Origin: Amoebidium appalachense
Lineage: Eukaryota; Protista; Ichthyosporea
Assembly: GCA_963693365.1 (NCBI GenBank)
Contig: CAVNZM010000012.1
Coordinates: forward strand, 744,001 to 808,000
Length of the DNA stretch: 64,000 nt
Reading direction: 5' to 3'
Part shown: positions 15,459-36,142 of the stretch, in pieces
Layout of the letters: each line of letters opens with the position of its first letter
Position numbering within the stretch: the stretch's first letter is position 1
The notes under the pieces: model-generated
Databases searched by the model: none
The model's input: only the letters and a program-made list of their open reading frames with translations
Told to the model about the DNA's origin: nothing
Position numbers and translations under genes: made by a program

Positions 15459-16228
15459 GATTGCGGCTAGAAGAAGCCACAACACAGCAACGTTGGCCAC
15501 TGCAGACCTTGAAGAGGGAGTTTTGTACTACCACACTGCTCTCCACAGTAGTGCAACTTCTGTCTAGTGAAAACTGACGGCGTTGACCCGTGCAGCGCCG
15601 TTTTATATGACTTTATCGGTAAATCTAGTGACCAAAATTTGGAAATTGCAGAAATGCGGACGTAAACCCTCAGAGCTTGTGTTGATTGTGCACGGCCCGC
15701 CTTACAAAAAATAAATAGGTACAGCTAGATAACTTTTCAAAACCTTGCTGCTGAGTCGCGTGCTTTACCGATGCATGCGCATGCAAGCGGGACACGGACC
15801 CCATGGAGCCATGGATGGCTGCGTGCGCCGCTCATGCATATGCGACCTGGGTCCGTGAGCGTGCGTTCGGCGCATGATCCGCTAATTTTGTCCTACGGAG
15901 ACAGTTCTGAATTAGATAACTTATGCCCCTTTTCGAAGTGTGACTGAAGTACTTCAGATATGGTTTCTAGATATTTTTAAGAAGAAAGTGCGCGAGGAGG
16001 CGCACCACGTACGATCTTAGAGAATGCATACCGATACACATTTTTCTACAACCTAGATCATAAAATTTCAAAACTTCATCGACGCGACACCTTCATTACG
16101 TGATACACACTGATACTGACACGGCAGGTGAGTTACAATACTGGGATATACAAATATATCCAAAATACGAACTTCTTCCTAAGTACTTGGGGGCGCTCTA
16201 TAGTATTAGTATTGATATATATATATAT

Positions 16229-16310
16229 CTCCCCCCCCTCCCCTCCCCCCCCCCCCCCCCCCCCCCCTCTCTCTCTTTCTCTCCCGAGGCTCTCTCTCCG
16301 TCTCCCGAGG

Positions 16311-16341
<31 letters not shown>

Positions 16342-16760
16342 CCCCTCCCCCCCCCCCCCCCCCTCTCTCTCTCCTAGCTAGAGCTTTCTCTCTCTCTCTC
16401 GCACACACACACACATTCTCTCTCTCTCTCTCTGCCTCCCTCTCTCTTCTCCCCTCTCCCCCCGGAGACCCCCCCACCTCTTCCTCTGTGTGTGTCTCCC
16501 TCCCTCCCTCTCATTCTCTCTCTGTCCCCCTGCCTCTCCCTCCCTCGCTCTCTCTCCCTCTCTCTCCCTCCCTCGTCTCTCTCTCTCTCTCTCTCTCTCT
16601 CCCTCCCTCACTCTCACTCTCACTCTCTATCTCTGCCCCTCCCCCCCTCTCCCTTCTCCCAATCTCTCCCTCTATTTTCTTCTATCCTCTATCCTTTCTT
16701 TCTCTCCCCCCCTCCCCCCCTCCCCCCCCCCCTCCCTATCTCTCTCTCCCTCTCTCCCTG

Positions 16761-16829
<69 letters not shown>

Positions 16830-17037
16830 TCTCCCCCCCTCTCTCCCTCTCTCTCTCCCTCTTCGTCTCTCTCACTCAGTTCTCTCTCTTTCTCTCTCTC
16901 TCTCTCTTTCTCCCCCCCCCCCCCCCCTCTCTCTCCCTCTCTCTTCCCCCTCTCTAATAGCTCTCTCCCTCTCCCCCCTGCCCCCCCCCCCCCCTCCCCT
17001 CCCCCCCCCTCCCCCCCCCCCCCCCCCCCCCCCCCCC
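16229..17037. repeat. Long (CT)n / poly-C polypyrimidine tract
   Basis: About 800 bp, almost entirely C/T on the + strand, lying between the Helitron and the NUMT. Confidence 0.9.
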
Positions 17038-17300
17038 GTCCTCCAGCGTCGCAAGCAACCAGCACTAATCATAATGCCTTCACCAGTACCGCTGCTGTGG
17101 CCACCATCTGCCGATCACAACCCACCTACTCATCTATCTGTGTCCTCCTGCGTGGGTGACAGATTTGGTTTGAGTTTCTTCCGAAAACAAAAGAGTGGAG
17201 TGCAGCAGATTTAACAGAAACCTGTGTCTGCGTTAGACGGCTATTAGGGTGGTTGGTGGTGTGGTGGTGGTGGTGGTGGTAATGGTGGGTGTGTGTGTGC

Positions 17301-17495
17301 AGCCTTTCACCATCTGTTGATTTAGGATTTAGTGTCCAGAGTTACTACATCCGGACCTTTTGACATCGTAGCTACTGGAATTGAGGTATTAAATCTATAT
17401 ACCTCTTTAAAATACTGCTATCATAACTCCACCTTTACTTCTATTAATGTCATCGGCATTAGTAGAACAAGGTGCGGTAAGTGTGACTAACACAA
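17301..17495 (+). pseudogene. Degenerate cox3 fragment with an embedded cox1 fragment (~17426-17476)
   Basis: The cox3 pattern SLSP-V-LG..WPP-GIEVLNP..IPLLNT-IL and the cox1 pattern PP-LLLL-SSALVEQGAG were recognised by eye, with frameshifts and a stop. Confidence 0.55.
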
Positions 17496-17504
17496 ATGGT
17501 CTAC

Positions 17505-17730
17505 TATAAACTTTGCTATATGCTGAGACAACCTAAAACTTTAAGGACTCTCTAAGAGTGATAATCTTAAATATGTAACAATGGGCAATCAGCAGGAAAC
17601 TAAATCTTACATGTGAGAAAACTGAATCTTACATGTGTAACAGAGACTACACGCGAAACAACTGATGTGTTTCACTATCTTATAGAACCGTATTGATGAG
17701 ATAGTCCGCTCTTAAGTGTGAGCCGGTTTG
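17505..17730 (+). ncRNA. Group I intron catalytic core 1 (IB-like, degenerate)
   Basis: P ATATGCTG (17518), Q AATCAGCAGG (17587), R CAGAGACTAC (17641), S GAGATAGTCC (17698). P3 pairs tttgc/gcgaa and P7 pairs GACTA/TAGTC. The P6 region is disrupted by a 13-bp direct repeat. Confidence 0.8.
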
Positions 17731-18217
17731 GATTAATAGTACTATAACTGTTATTCTAAACTGGAGGTTTAATGATATATCATATTTATTAAACTAACAT
17801 TTGGTATCAATCAATAACACAGTGTATTACAAACTTATAATAGAAAGTATAGTACATGACGTGTCCTCAATGCTAATACCTAAAGTCAGTCAATAGTCGA
17901 ATCTGTAAAAGAAGAAAACTTTCTTTCCAAGCTTTCGTCAGGATATAAGATGACTAAACTTTGAAAAATCCGGAAATCCGGAAAATTGGCCATGGAGTTT
18001 TAGCATATTGGAAATTTAAAATTATAAATTAACAAGAATAATGATGTTTATTTTAGCCTGTATATTCTAGAATTTAATAGGGATTTTGTCGTTCCCTATT
18101 GATTCTCTATAAATAATTGAGTATCTACAATTATTTACTATTATAAACAATCATTAAATTATAATCTATTACATGCGGGTACCGGCTTTGTGCCCATCGA
18201 AAGAGTTATCTTTCTAA

Positions 18218-19242
18218 CTTAAACACTATATGCTATAAACTACCATAGCATTGAAGAATGCATAATGTTATCGACTTCTATTAGGTTATAATTAGTAGGA
18301 GTAGTAATGATTAACAGGAGGTATTATTAGCAGGAAACCAAAGTAGATAAAGATCTATTAGTAGGATTCCGCTTGTGCCCCGGACCACCCGCTCTTCCGG
18401 CTACACGCATCCCCGCCGGATTCGCCCCTGTACCTCTTCCCTTCCCCATCGTCTCTGCCCATTGCCGAGCGCTATGTGGAATGGCTGGCGACCCCCCCGG
18501 AGGTACGGCTAGATCATAGTGTGAATATGAATAGTTTCAAGTCTATGGCTGATAGATATCTTTTTACTCTACGTGTTGAGTCCCTTCCGGTGTTAGGACC
18601 GCACAAACACCAACTACTAGTAGCCTATATGGCGGATACGGTTAGAGAGTCTCGTTCATACATAGATTCGTTTATTCGTAATGTGGTGTGGTGTAAAAAC
18701 GCAAAGATGATTATGGCTTGGCGGTGTAATCGGTTTCTGGTGTCTCCTGCTCGTATGTGTAATATGTGTGGGGGGCGGTTTACTCGCGGCTGCATATCTA
18801 TCAATAAATGCAACCTGTTAGCTAATGTATTAGAACCGGAGGTTATTGGCGGTTTTATTCTCTTTTCTTCATCTCTTCCTCAATATATCCGTTTTAAGAT
18901 GACTATCCTAGATCACCTTATTAATGCTGCACAGTATGATATTGTGATCCGGTGCCTTAACTTTCTGTCGGAGCTACCGATGCTAGCATCTGCTTACCCA
19001 TAATATGTAATAGGGGTGTCAGATCCTACGATGGCGCTCATTGTTGCCTAGCATGTACATATGTCACTGGCTGCATTTGATTGGCTGTGCTGGAAAACGC
19101 AGTAGGCCGTCGAATGTGGCTGGGCCTCCGGCAATGTCCACGCAATAAAAAGTGTGTAAACCCCCATTAGTAGGATCCTCCGAGACTATACGTGTTGCTC
19201 CTGTCACTCATATCTGTGATTGAGGATGAAGATATAGTCAGA
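18218..19242 (+). ncRNA. Group I intron catalytic core 2, interrupted by a LINE-like insertion
   Basis: P ATATGCT (18228), Q TAGCAGGAAACC (18328), R CCGAGACTA (19180), S AAGATATAGTC (19229). P3 AACAC/GTGTT pairs perfectly, with P4 TGCTA/TAGCA and P5 TACC/GGTA. Confidence 0.8.
18368..19165 (+). mobile_element. 5'-truncated non-LTR (LINE-like) retrotransposon with an 11-bp TSD
   Basis: ATTAGTAGGAT is duplicated at 18357-18367 and 19166-19176. The frame is open from the first inserted base to TAA at 19003 (211 codons, no native start). It carries AWRCN...CNMCGGRFTRGC....C...ILDHLIN, resembling the C-terminal Cys-rich region of LINE RT proteins. A 3' UTR follows with AATAAA at 19144. Confidence 0.75.
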
Positions 19243-19253
19243 TTTTTAAATAT

Positions 19254-19352
19254 TTAGCAGTACAAGATTTAAGTGGAGTGTTTTTAGTAATGCACTATAT
19301 AGCACATGTTGATTTATTACACCAAATAGTAGATCATATTTTACAATGTGTT
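19254..19352 (+). pseudogene. cob: cob (cytochrome b) N-terminal exon fragment, copy 1
   Basis: The 33 codons LAVQDLSGVFLVMHYIAHVDLLHQIVDHILQCV are gap-free and colinear with the cob motif L..Q.LTG.FLAMHY...VDLAF.SVEHIMRDV. Confidence 0.65.
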
Positions 19353-19354
19353 CT

Positions 19355-19557
19355 TTAAATTTAGCCATATGCTTGAGACCTCTAAAGCTTTAAGTACGTT
19401 GTAGTTATTGCAAATAATAACCTTAAAGATGTAACAATGGGCAATCAGCAGGAAACCAAAATAGATTAAACATCTATTACTTTAGTAGGATCCTCAGAGA
19501 CTAAACGTGTTGCTTCTGTCACTCACATCTGTGATTTAGGATGAAGATATAGTCAGA
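19355..19557 (+). ncRNA. Group I intron catalytic core 3 (probably chimeric, from tandem duplication)
   Basis: P ATATGCTT (19367), Q AATCAGCAGG (19443), R CAGAGACTA (19495), S AAGATATAGTC (19544). The R/S half is a copy of core 2, and P3 pairing is imperfect. Confidence 0.75.
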
Positions 19558-19568
19558 TTTTTAAATAT

Positions 19569-19667
19569 TTAGCAGTACAAGATTTAACTCGAGTGTTTTT
19601 AGTAATGCACATTACAGCGCAAATTAATTTATCACACCTGATAGTAGAACATACTTTACAATGTGTT
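19569..19667 (+). pseudogene. cob: cob exon fragment, copy 2 (315-bp tandem duplicate)
   Basis: Reads LAVQDLTRVFLVMHITAQINLSHLIVEHTLQCV and is offset 315 bp from copy 1. Confidence 0.6.
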
Positions 19668-19704
19668 CTTTAAATTTAGCCATATGCTTGAGACCTCTAA
19701 AGCT

Positions 19705-20345
<641 letters not shown>

Positions 20346-20438
20346 CCGTAAACAGAGTACAAGTGTAGGTTTACACGGTCTATATTTTGGAAGACGGTGG
20401 GATACAGTAAAGGGGGAGGGAGGGAGGGAGGGGGGGAG

Positions 20439-20480
<42 letters not shown>

Positions 20481-21284
20481 GCGACTGGAGAAAAAGAGAA
20501 ATTGACACTAGTGCGCTAGATTTATCCACTCACTTGTACCGTGACATCTCTCACTGAGACATAGGTACTATGATGCACACCCCCAGAAGCACCCACCATG
20601 ACATACAACACGCCGGATCCATTCAGGATGATCGCGCATATGGTCACACATCACGTGACTCACAGCCAATAATCAAATAGGTTGCATGGGAATGGTCACG
20701 AGGAATGTTAATGAGTTAATAATCAGCTTTTATCTTTTTTTTTCATTTGTTTCAGGTCATACGATGGACCTCACACTGATTGTATCTATTGTAAGTCGTC
20801 CAAATTTATTTCATGAAGCATTCCGGACAGCGGTGGTAGGGCATCTGAAGGAGCATTCGACCATTTCTTTAAACTATCACTCAGCAATTTAACATCACAA
20901 TCACCATTCAAGTTCCAGTGATATCCATCGTTATGAAATCCTGACATACCCCAATTGGTAAACACTAAAAAGGTAGGAGAATATTTCCAATTTGGCACGA
21001 TACTTCGGCATTGTTTCATAGTAACACTTAAAGCAGTGGGGCCAAGGGGGGTAAACTACATGTGGCATGTATTCGTAAGCTGACGGTGGCAATGTCCAAA
21101 TATAGAAAACACCATATATGGGCAAAGCATCCATAACCGTTCGTGACAGCCAGCAAATGTTCAACGTTGATTGGTTTTGAAGTCATAGTGACGTCCTGCT
21201 TTAATATCCTTACTTAAACATTGACCTGACAAAATGAAATTCACATTCAATATAATTCAGGTAGATTTCAACATACACATATTT

Positions 21285-30772
<9,488 letters not shown>

Positions 30773-32102
30773 GCTTGCTATCTTACCATAATAGAAGAGA
30801 TATTTTCCATTTCTGCCGCTAAAAGACTTAAACTGAGTTATAATATGGCATGGAGCCGGAAACAGCACAAACTAGATCACTAGCAGTAACACTGGGGGAA
30901 TGTTCTGTTCATTAACGGCCCTAACACTTTGCATTCGTTTGCTTTTCCGTCTGGTCGCAACTTGAAAAAAGCACCCACGTAAGCAAGGAGGCACGCCAGA
31001 TTTCCCGTGCATACACAACCGCATAAAAATAAACTAGCTTATTACAAACTATATCTCCCAACACATGATACAGTTGCCAATCATGAACGTGCACGACTGT
31101 GTACGTAGTGAAATTCTCACCTCACTGTTCGTGGCTTGGTCATGTCTTGCGGGGGCCTGAGCCGTCAACGGTTTCCTTATCAGCGCGCCATCAGTTGTGC
31201 TTGTATAATCTGATTGGTCAAATCGACAGTTGAGGAAATTTGGGCCGCCCTCGTCGCGATCGACGGCGCGACGCGTAGCTGGCAGGCTGGTGCATCATGC
31301 ATATGACGAAGAAACGAGGAAATGGCGAAGAAAAGACCCGGGCAAAAGAGTTGTACGAATCTCCAAAACAACGCAGTAGAAGCTCGCGGTTTTGAGTGGG
31401 CCTTTGCTTCTATAGAGACCGTGTGCCTATGATGCCCAGTCCGGACGGACGATCTTGTGGGTACTGAAGACTGTTGCAACTTTGGATTGCAACGTGTTTT
31501 TAGCACGGCCAAGGTGTGCACGGGGTTGCACTCAGTTGCACTCACTTCAGCATGAAACGAGTGCGTGACAAAATATACCCAGCCGTTTAGTATAAACTGA
31601 GAATACTCTGTTGATTTGGAGACGCAATCTCAGAAATACAGCAAGGCTGTGGTAACTGTTCTCAAGCTGCAGGCCTGGAAGGTTGCCGTACATATTTGTG
31701 TGCAGTTATAAGTAGTTGGGTACTAAGCATCCGAAAGAGGTGTGTGGCATAATTACGGTAATGCCTTATGATGCTGCTGATGTGTTAAAGCGAGGGTCTG
31801 CGGATTGTAAATGATTTCGTTGTCATCGACCTCTTCACGGTACGCAGCTGTTTGTTGGGTGTGTGTGTGTGTGTGTGTGATTTCTACATATTTCGAGTTT
31901 CTGACCATGATTTTGGATTGTATATATTTGGTTATCTCAGGGGGGGCTCCAGGCCCCGCGCAGTGTATGCAGCCTACTGTGTTATCCAGCACGGTCTACA
32001 CACAGCAAGGGGCGCCGCAGGCGCCCCCTCCCTCCCCTACAAGCACAATACATACGTGGGAAATGCACAACTATCATCACTCAGGTGACCGGACTAGTAG
32101 TG

Positions 32103-32178
<76 letters not shown>

Positions 32179-32827
32179 CGTGTGTGTGTAGGTGTGTGTG
32201 TGTGTGAGAGAAAGAGAGAGAGAGTGTGTGTGTGCGTGCGTGTGTGTGTTGACATGTGGCCATGGGTGCATGTGTGTGTGTGTGGGCGCGTGCGCGCAGC
32301 GCGCAATTGTGTGCCGCGGGAGAGAATGTGCATGCATATGCATGTGCATGACCAGTTCTACGAGCCTGAGCGTCTTCTATCGAACAACTCCTCTTTTCCA
32401 GGCTACTCTTGAGGCATAAACAACGGCCACAAGCATGTATGCTTTGGGTCTACTGGATTATCTAGGTGGCACGGGTTCGAACCTTGGTGCGCCAACTTTC
32501 TTTTTTTTTTTACGTTCGCAATTTTTTTTTTTTTGTGGCTCCGAGCATATCTCCTGCAAGCTCTTGAAGGGATACGTCGATTGCAGTAGATATTGTTGAC
32601 TTTGCATACGTAGTTTAGGAGATACAAGATGTACAAAAATGATGACGTCACCAACCGCCTATTTTGGCCAAAATTTTCGCAATGAGAAAAAAATATTTAT
32701 TTTTTACATTTTCGGAAATTTTTAAACGTGCCGTGGTACTGTAGCCCTCGATGAGACGCTTCTAAAAATGCAGTTTACGCCCCAGCGTAGCAATTTCCCG
32801 ATCCCCCGTGAACGTCGACTCCTGATT

Positions 32828-33470
32828 CTAAGATCTAAACTCTCCCACGGGCAGACGGGGTCGATCTACACAGACGCACTGTGCCGGCGGTTGTAATCTT
32901 TGTGTCTGAGTCTGTGACTGTGCGTCGCTTTGTTCCGTTTGGTCTTCATCATCCGACACAAACACACCCTCTGTCGGTGGCGTAAACGTACCCCAACCAT
33001 GTAGCCTTTCTCTCCTAAAGCTCCCGGCTGTGCGATTGCTAGCCATCCGCTCAAGCGTTTCCATTCTTCTCGGTAGAGCCCTTGCCACAACTGGGGAACT
33101 TGGTGCGGAATTTGAATGCATCTCGCCATCGCTAGATCGGGATGCCATTTGCGGTGGTGTTCGATAGCCCGACCCCAAATCAGCCATTTGCGCAAAAGTC
33201 GCGCGTCGTTCGTCTGCGTTTCGTGCAAGTGGGCTTGTAGGCGCGGAGACAGAGACATCGTCCCCTTCCGATTGGGCTGTCTTCCCCCACTGGGGTCCGC
33301 ATATGCTCACAGACCCGAGCACGCTTATTGCGCTCTTTGGAGGAAGCGAGTCGCAGTGCGGAGGTGAATCTGTGTGTTGGGCCGATTCGCATGGTGGTTG
33401 GTCTGTGTGTGATGGCTGCGGGTGTGTGGTTGGGCTACCACCTACTGAGGCGGTGTCTCCTTTCTTTTTT
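32828..33470 (-). CDS. Hypothetical Ser/Pro-rich open reading frame (exon or TE-derived)
   Basis: The frame of ORF 33322-32828 stays open upstream to ~33470 (~210 codons) and is non-repetitive. No start or splice site was verified and no family recognised. Confidence 0.35.
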
Positions 33471-33813
33471 CTTTTTTCTTTTTTTTTCTTTTTTTTTTAC
33501 TTAAAAGGGACGTAGATGTATAACGTCGCACGTGCGGAAACACGTCAGTACGTGTTAGGTGGTTGGGGCTGGTTCCTGGTTGCTGGTCGGTGCCTGTGTG
33601 TCGTTGCTTGCACTGCAAAAGGGGTGAAGGGAGTCAGTGTTTGCTTTGGCTATTAATAGTGGGAGAAAGGCAACGCAATTGGTGTGAACCCGTTACATAC
33701 AACCAAATCAGTGTTTTGAACGTTTTTGTTCCGTGCCGGTATCCGACCTACATTCCAACGGATAAAATTATGGTGCCCGTTTTTGTGTGGTAGAAAACGT
33801 TCACGTGTGTGTG

Positions 33814-33904
<91 letters not shown>

Positions 33905-33925
33905 GTATGTGTGTGTGTGCGGGGC

Positions 33926-34001
<76 letters not shown>

Positions 34002-35302
34002 CGCGCGCGCGCGCATGCGCGTGTGTGTGTATGCGTGTGCATGCGTGTGTGTGTGCCGCGCGGACGCACGCTTGTGTGTGCAAGCTCGCCCGCGTTCTTG
34101 CGCGTGTGTGCATGCGCTCGCGCGTATGTGTGCGTATGTGATGGTGGTGGTGGTGGGGAGGGGGAGGTGGCAGTGGGGGGGGGCTACTAAACTGCTCGAC
34201 GTTTTCTTTTTCTTCCTTCTTCATAGAGTGATAGGTAGCGAATAGTGCAAATCGAAGCAAAGAGGCTCAAAGGCCACAAGGAGGACCATTTCAACAGGGA
34301 TGGCAGATAGGCCATGCTTATTAGCCCAGCCGTGTTGAGCTCACGCCGTAAAGAACTGCCATCTACGGATAATTATATGAGGCCGTATTGCTCCTCTGGG
34401 TAGCACTAGTAGAACCATCGTGGCCTTTTTTATACCTATGTCATAAGTGCCTGCGCCAACACATATCCTATGACTCAGCCGAGCCTCACGGTGGAGGGAC
34501 TTGGGGTTAGGGGTAGGGGTGGGGGGAAGGGGGGAGGACGGTGGGCATATTGTTTGCTAGCTGACAATTCAGCACGAACTACCATACCTTTGGAAAAAAG
34601 CCACAAGCAGACCCATCGAGGCTCAATCGCTAAACAGATCTAGACTCGGGCTTTGGGGCGGGTGGTGGGGTGGGGAGGGGGTGAAAGGGGGGAGGGGGAA
34701 TCTTCACCATGTGGCTTGTACTGACGGTTTAAATAACGCACACGCATGAAGATCCGTTGAATTCGAATTCATTTGAAAAGACTTGTGCGTAAATACGCTC
34801 CATATTTAGCGTTCACTGCAGCAGTGCAAAGCGAAGCAACACTGAGGACACAAGCCGCAATCCCTAACCCACTTCAAGCGGAACACGAAAGAACACAAAC
34901 ACGTAGCAAGCTTGAAGGATCATAGTAGAAAAGACGTTTTTCCTCACAGTGGTGTTATGAGCAATGAGGTTTTATTCTTTCCTCACAAGCATTCTGACAT
35001 GGCTATGACTGCCATTGTACACTTCCCTTTGTACACTGCCTTAGCCGGATGACCCGCACCACAGCTGAAGAGCAGTTATATTTTCTATCTACATACAAGA
35101 CTTTATGTTCTCTATTTTAACATCTGAGGACTTAAAAGGTGTCAAAAAGCCAAAAATACGTGCATACAAAGTAGTTGTGAAAGGTCTATTTACTGCTTGG
35201 GTATATATAATACTAAGAGGTGGAACATTTACAATACTAACAGCTAGGGCATGTTTAAATAATAAAATAACATCTAACTCCTAAGGTTGAGATCTTTTAT
35301 GC

Positions 35303-36142
35303 CTACGCCTTAGGCACCAACGGTTGCTTTCTAGGAGCCGCCGGGGAGACATACATTGCGTTCCATGTTGCTACAGGCACAGCACTGGGCACCACTTGGC
35401 ATATGTCAGACTCGCCCGAGTCCTTCCTAGATAGCCCATAGAGTGACCTGCTTGTTTGTGCCCCTTTCGCGCTAAGACCACACCACCTCATAGGTAGGCG
35501 AAGAAGGGATCTGAGCGTTGTTGCTGACCGTGCGGGCTTCCGCGGGGACTCTGGTGTTGCGGGGGGGCTAGCGATAGGGGACGCTGTGGGGGTACTGTGG
35601 TTGCTTGAATGTTCTTTTTGTGTATCGGCGAAGGCTTCACCACTGCGCGGGAATGCATGTCTGTATTTGGGCACATAAAAGGGCGAGTCCGTTGGCAGAT
35701 TTAGTTTGCGTGTTGCTACCAAGTGGTGGAAGGCGTCAGACTCAACGTAGCGTGCAAATCCGTTCTGCAGTATATGCTGCTCTGCTATGAGGCGAAGTGG
35801 CTCAAACAGCGCCCAACTGGGACTTGCGGCCTCATTCTCGAACTGCATCAGAACCTGGGAGGTGGTGAGGGGATCGAGAGCTAGCTCGCAGTGGGAGCCC
35901 GGCATGAGATATAGAGAGGTGATTTGAGCAGCGTCTTGTGACCGCATGTGTGAGCATATTTGAATGATGTAGGCGCGGCAGGCAACAACGAAGTCTAAGT
36001 GGTGTTGGCAGTGTTCGTTTTGGAGATACTTGTAGAGTGACCGCCTGCCGTGCACGATGGACACAACGGCGTCCAGACAAATGCTAAGGTCGACGTGCGA
36101 CTCAGGTGTCATTTTCGTTGTATTGTTAGATACTGTGTTCAT
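35303..36142 (-). CDS. RGS (regulator of G-protein signalling) domain protein, 279 aa, single coding exon
   Basis: L..V.....GRRSLYKYLQNEHCQHHLDF..AC..Y, A.QI..LYL.PGS..EL.L and LFEP....EQHILQNGFARYVESD.F follow the RGS helix pattern. The ATG at 36142 follows an AG acceptor. Confidence 0.85.
   Translation of the reverse strand: MNTVSNNTTKMTPESHVDLSICLDAVVSIVHGRRSLYKYLQNEHCQHHLDFVVACRAYIIQICSHMRSQDAAQITSLYLMPGSHCELALDPLTTSQVLMQFENEAASPSWALFEPLRLIAEQHILQNGFARYVESDAFHHLVATRKLNLPTDSPFYVPKYRHAFPRSGEAFADTQKEHSSNHSTPTASPIASPPATPESPRKPARSATTLRSLLRLPMRWCGLSAKGAQTSRSLYGLSRKDSGESDICQVVPSAVPVATWNAMYVSPAAPRKQPLVPKA

Larger units (their letters stand above)
13329..16215 (-). mobile_element. Helitron, internally deleted (non-autonomous), both termini intact
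   Basis: The minus-strand 5' end is A|TCAATACTAATACTA at 16215. The 3' end is a GC hairpin (13347-13367, 9-bp perfect stem) followed 14 nt later by CTAG|T at 13329. It is inserted at an A/T inside a (TA)n tract with no TSD and contains a RepHel N-terminal ORF. Confidence 0.9.
17301..19704 (+). other. Mitochondrion-derived insertion (NUMT): mosaic of cox3, cox1 and cob fragments with group I intron cores
   Basis: Abruptly AT-rich and free of microsatellites. Translations: SLSPSVDLG...TGIEVLN...IPL*NTAII (cox3-like), PPLLLLMSSALVEQGA (cox1-like), LAVQDLSGVFLVMHYIAHVDL..VDHI (cob-like). Three P-Q-R-S motif sets are present. Confidence 0.75.

Noticed and set aside
17400-17480. Minus-strand RSKGGVMIAV resembling a LINE APE endonuclease motif
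   Set aside because: The same bases are better explained as cox3/cox1 coding sequence on the + strand.
17740-18210. Further mitochondrial crumbs (cox1 LF.GGL, atp6 NLIG..PY, cox2 GTG.F.PI)
   Set aside because: The matches are too short to call by eye and need BLASTX.
18476-19003. Intron-encoded homing endonuclease or IStron/TnpB cargo in group I core 2
   Set aside because: No LAGLIDADG, GIY-YIG, HNH or RuvC motifs. The ORF is 5'-truncated, bounded by a TSD and followed by AATAAA, which fits a retroelement insertion.
19166-19704. CRISPR-like repeat-spacer array
   Set aside because: There are only two units, the variable parts are homologous cob pieces, no cas genes are present and the context is eukaryotic.
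20750-21230. Short ORFs between the NUMT block and the ESCO stop codon
   Set aside because: No recognisable motifs; probably 3' UTR or decayed sequence.
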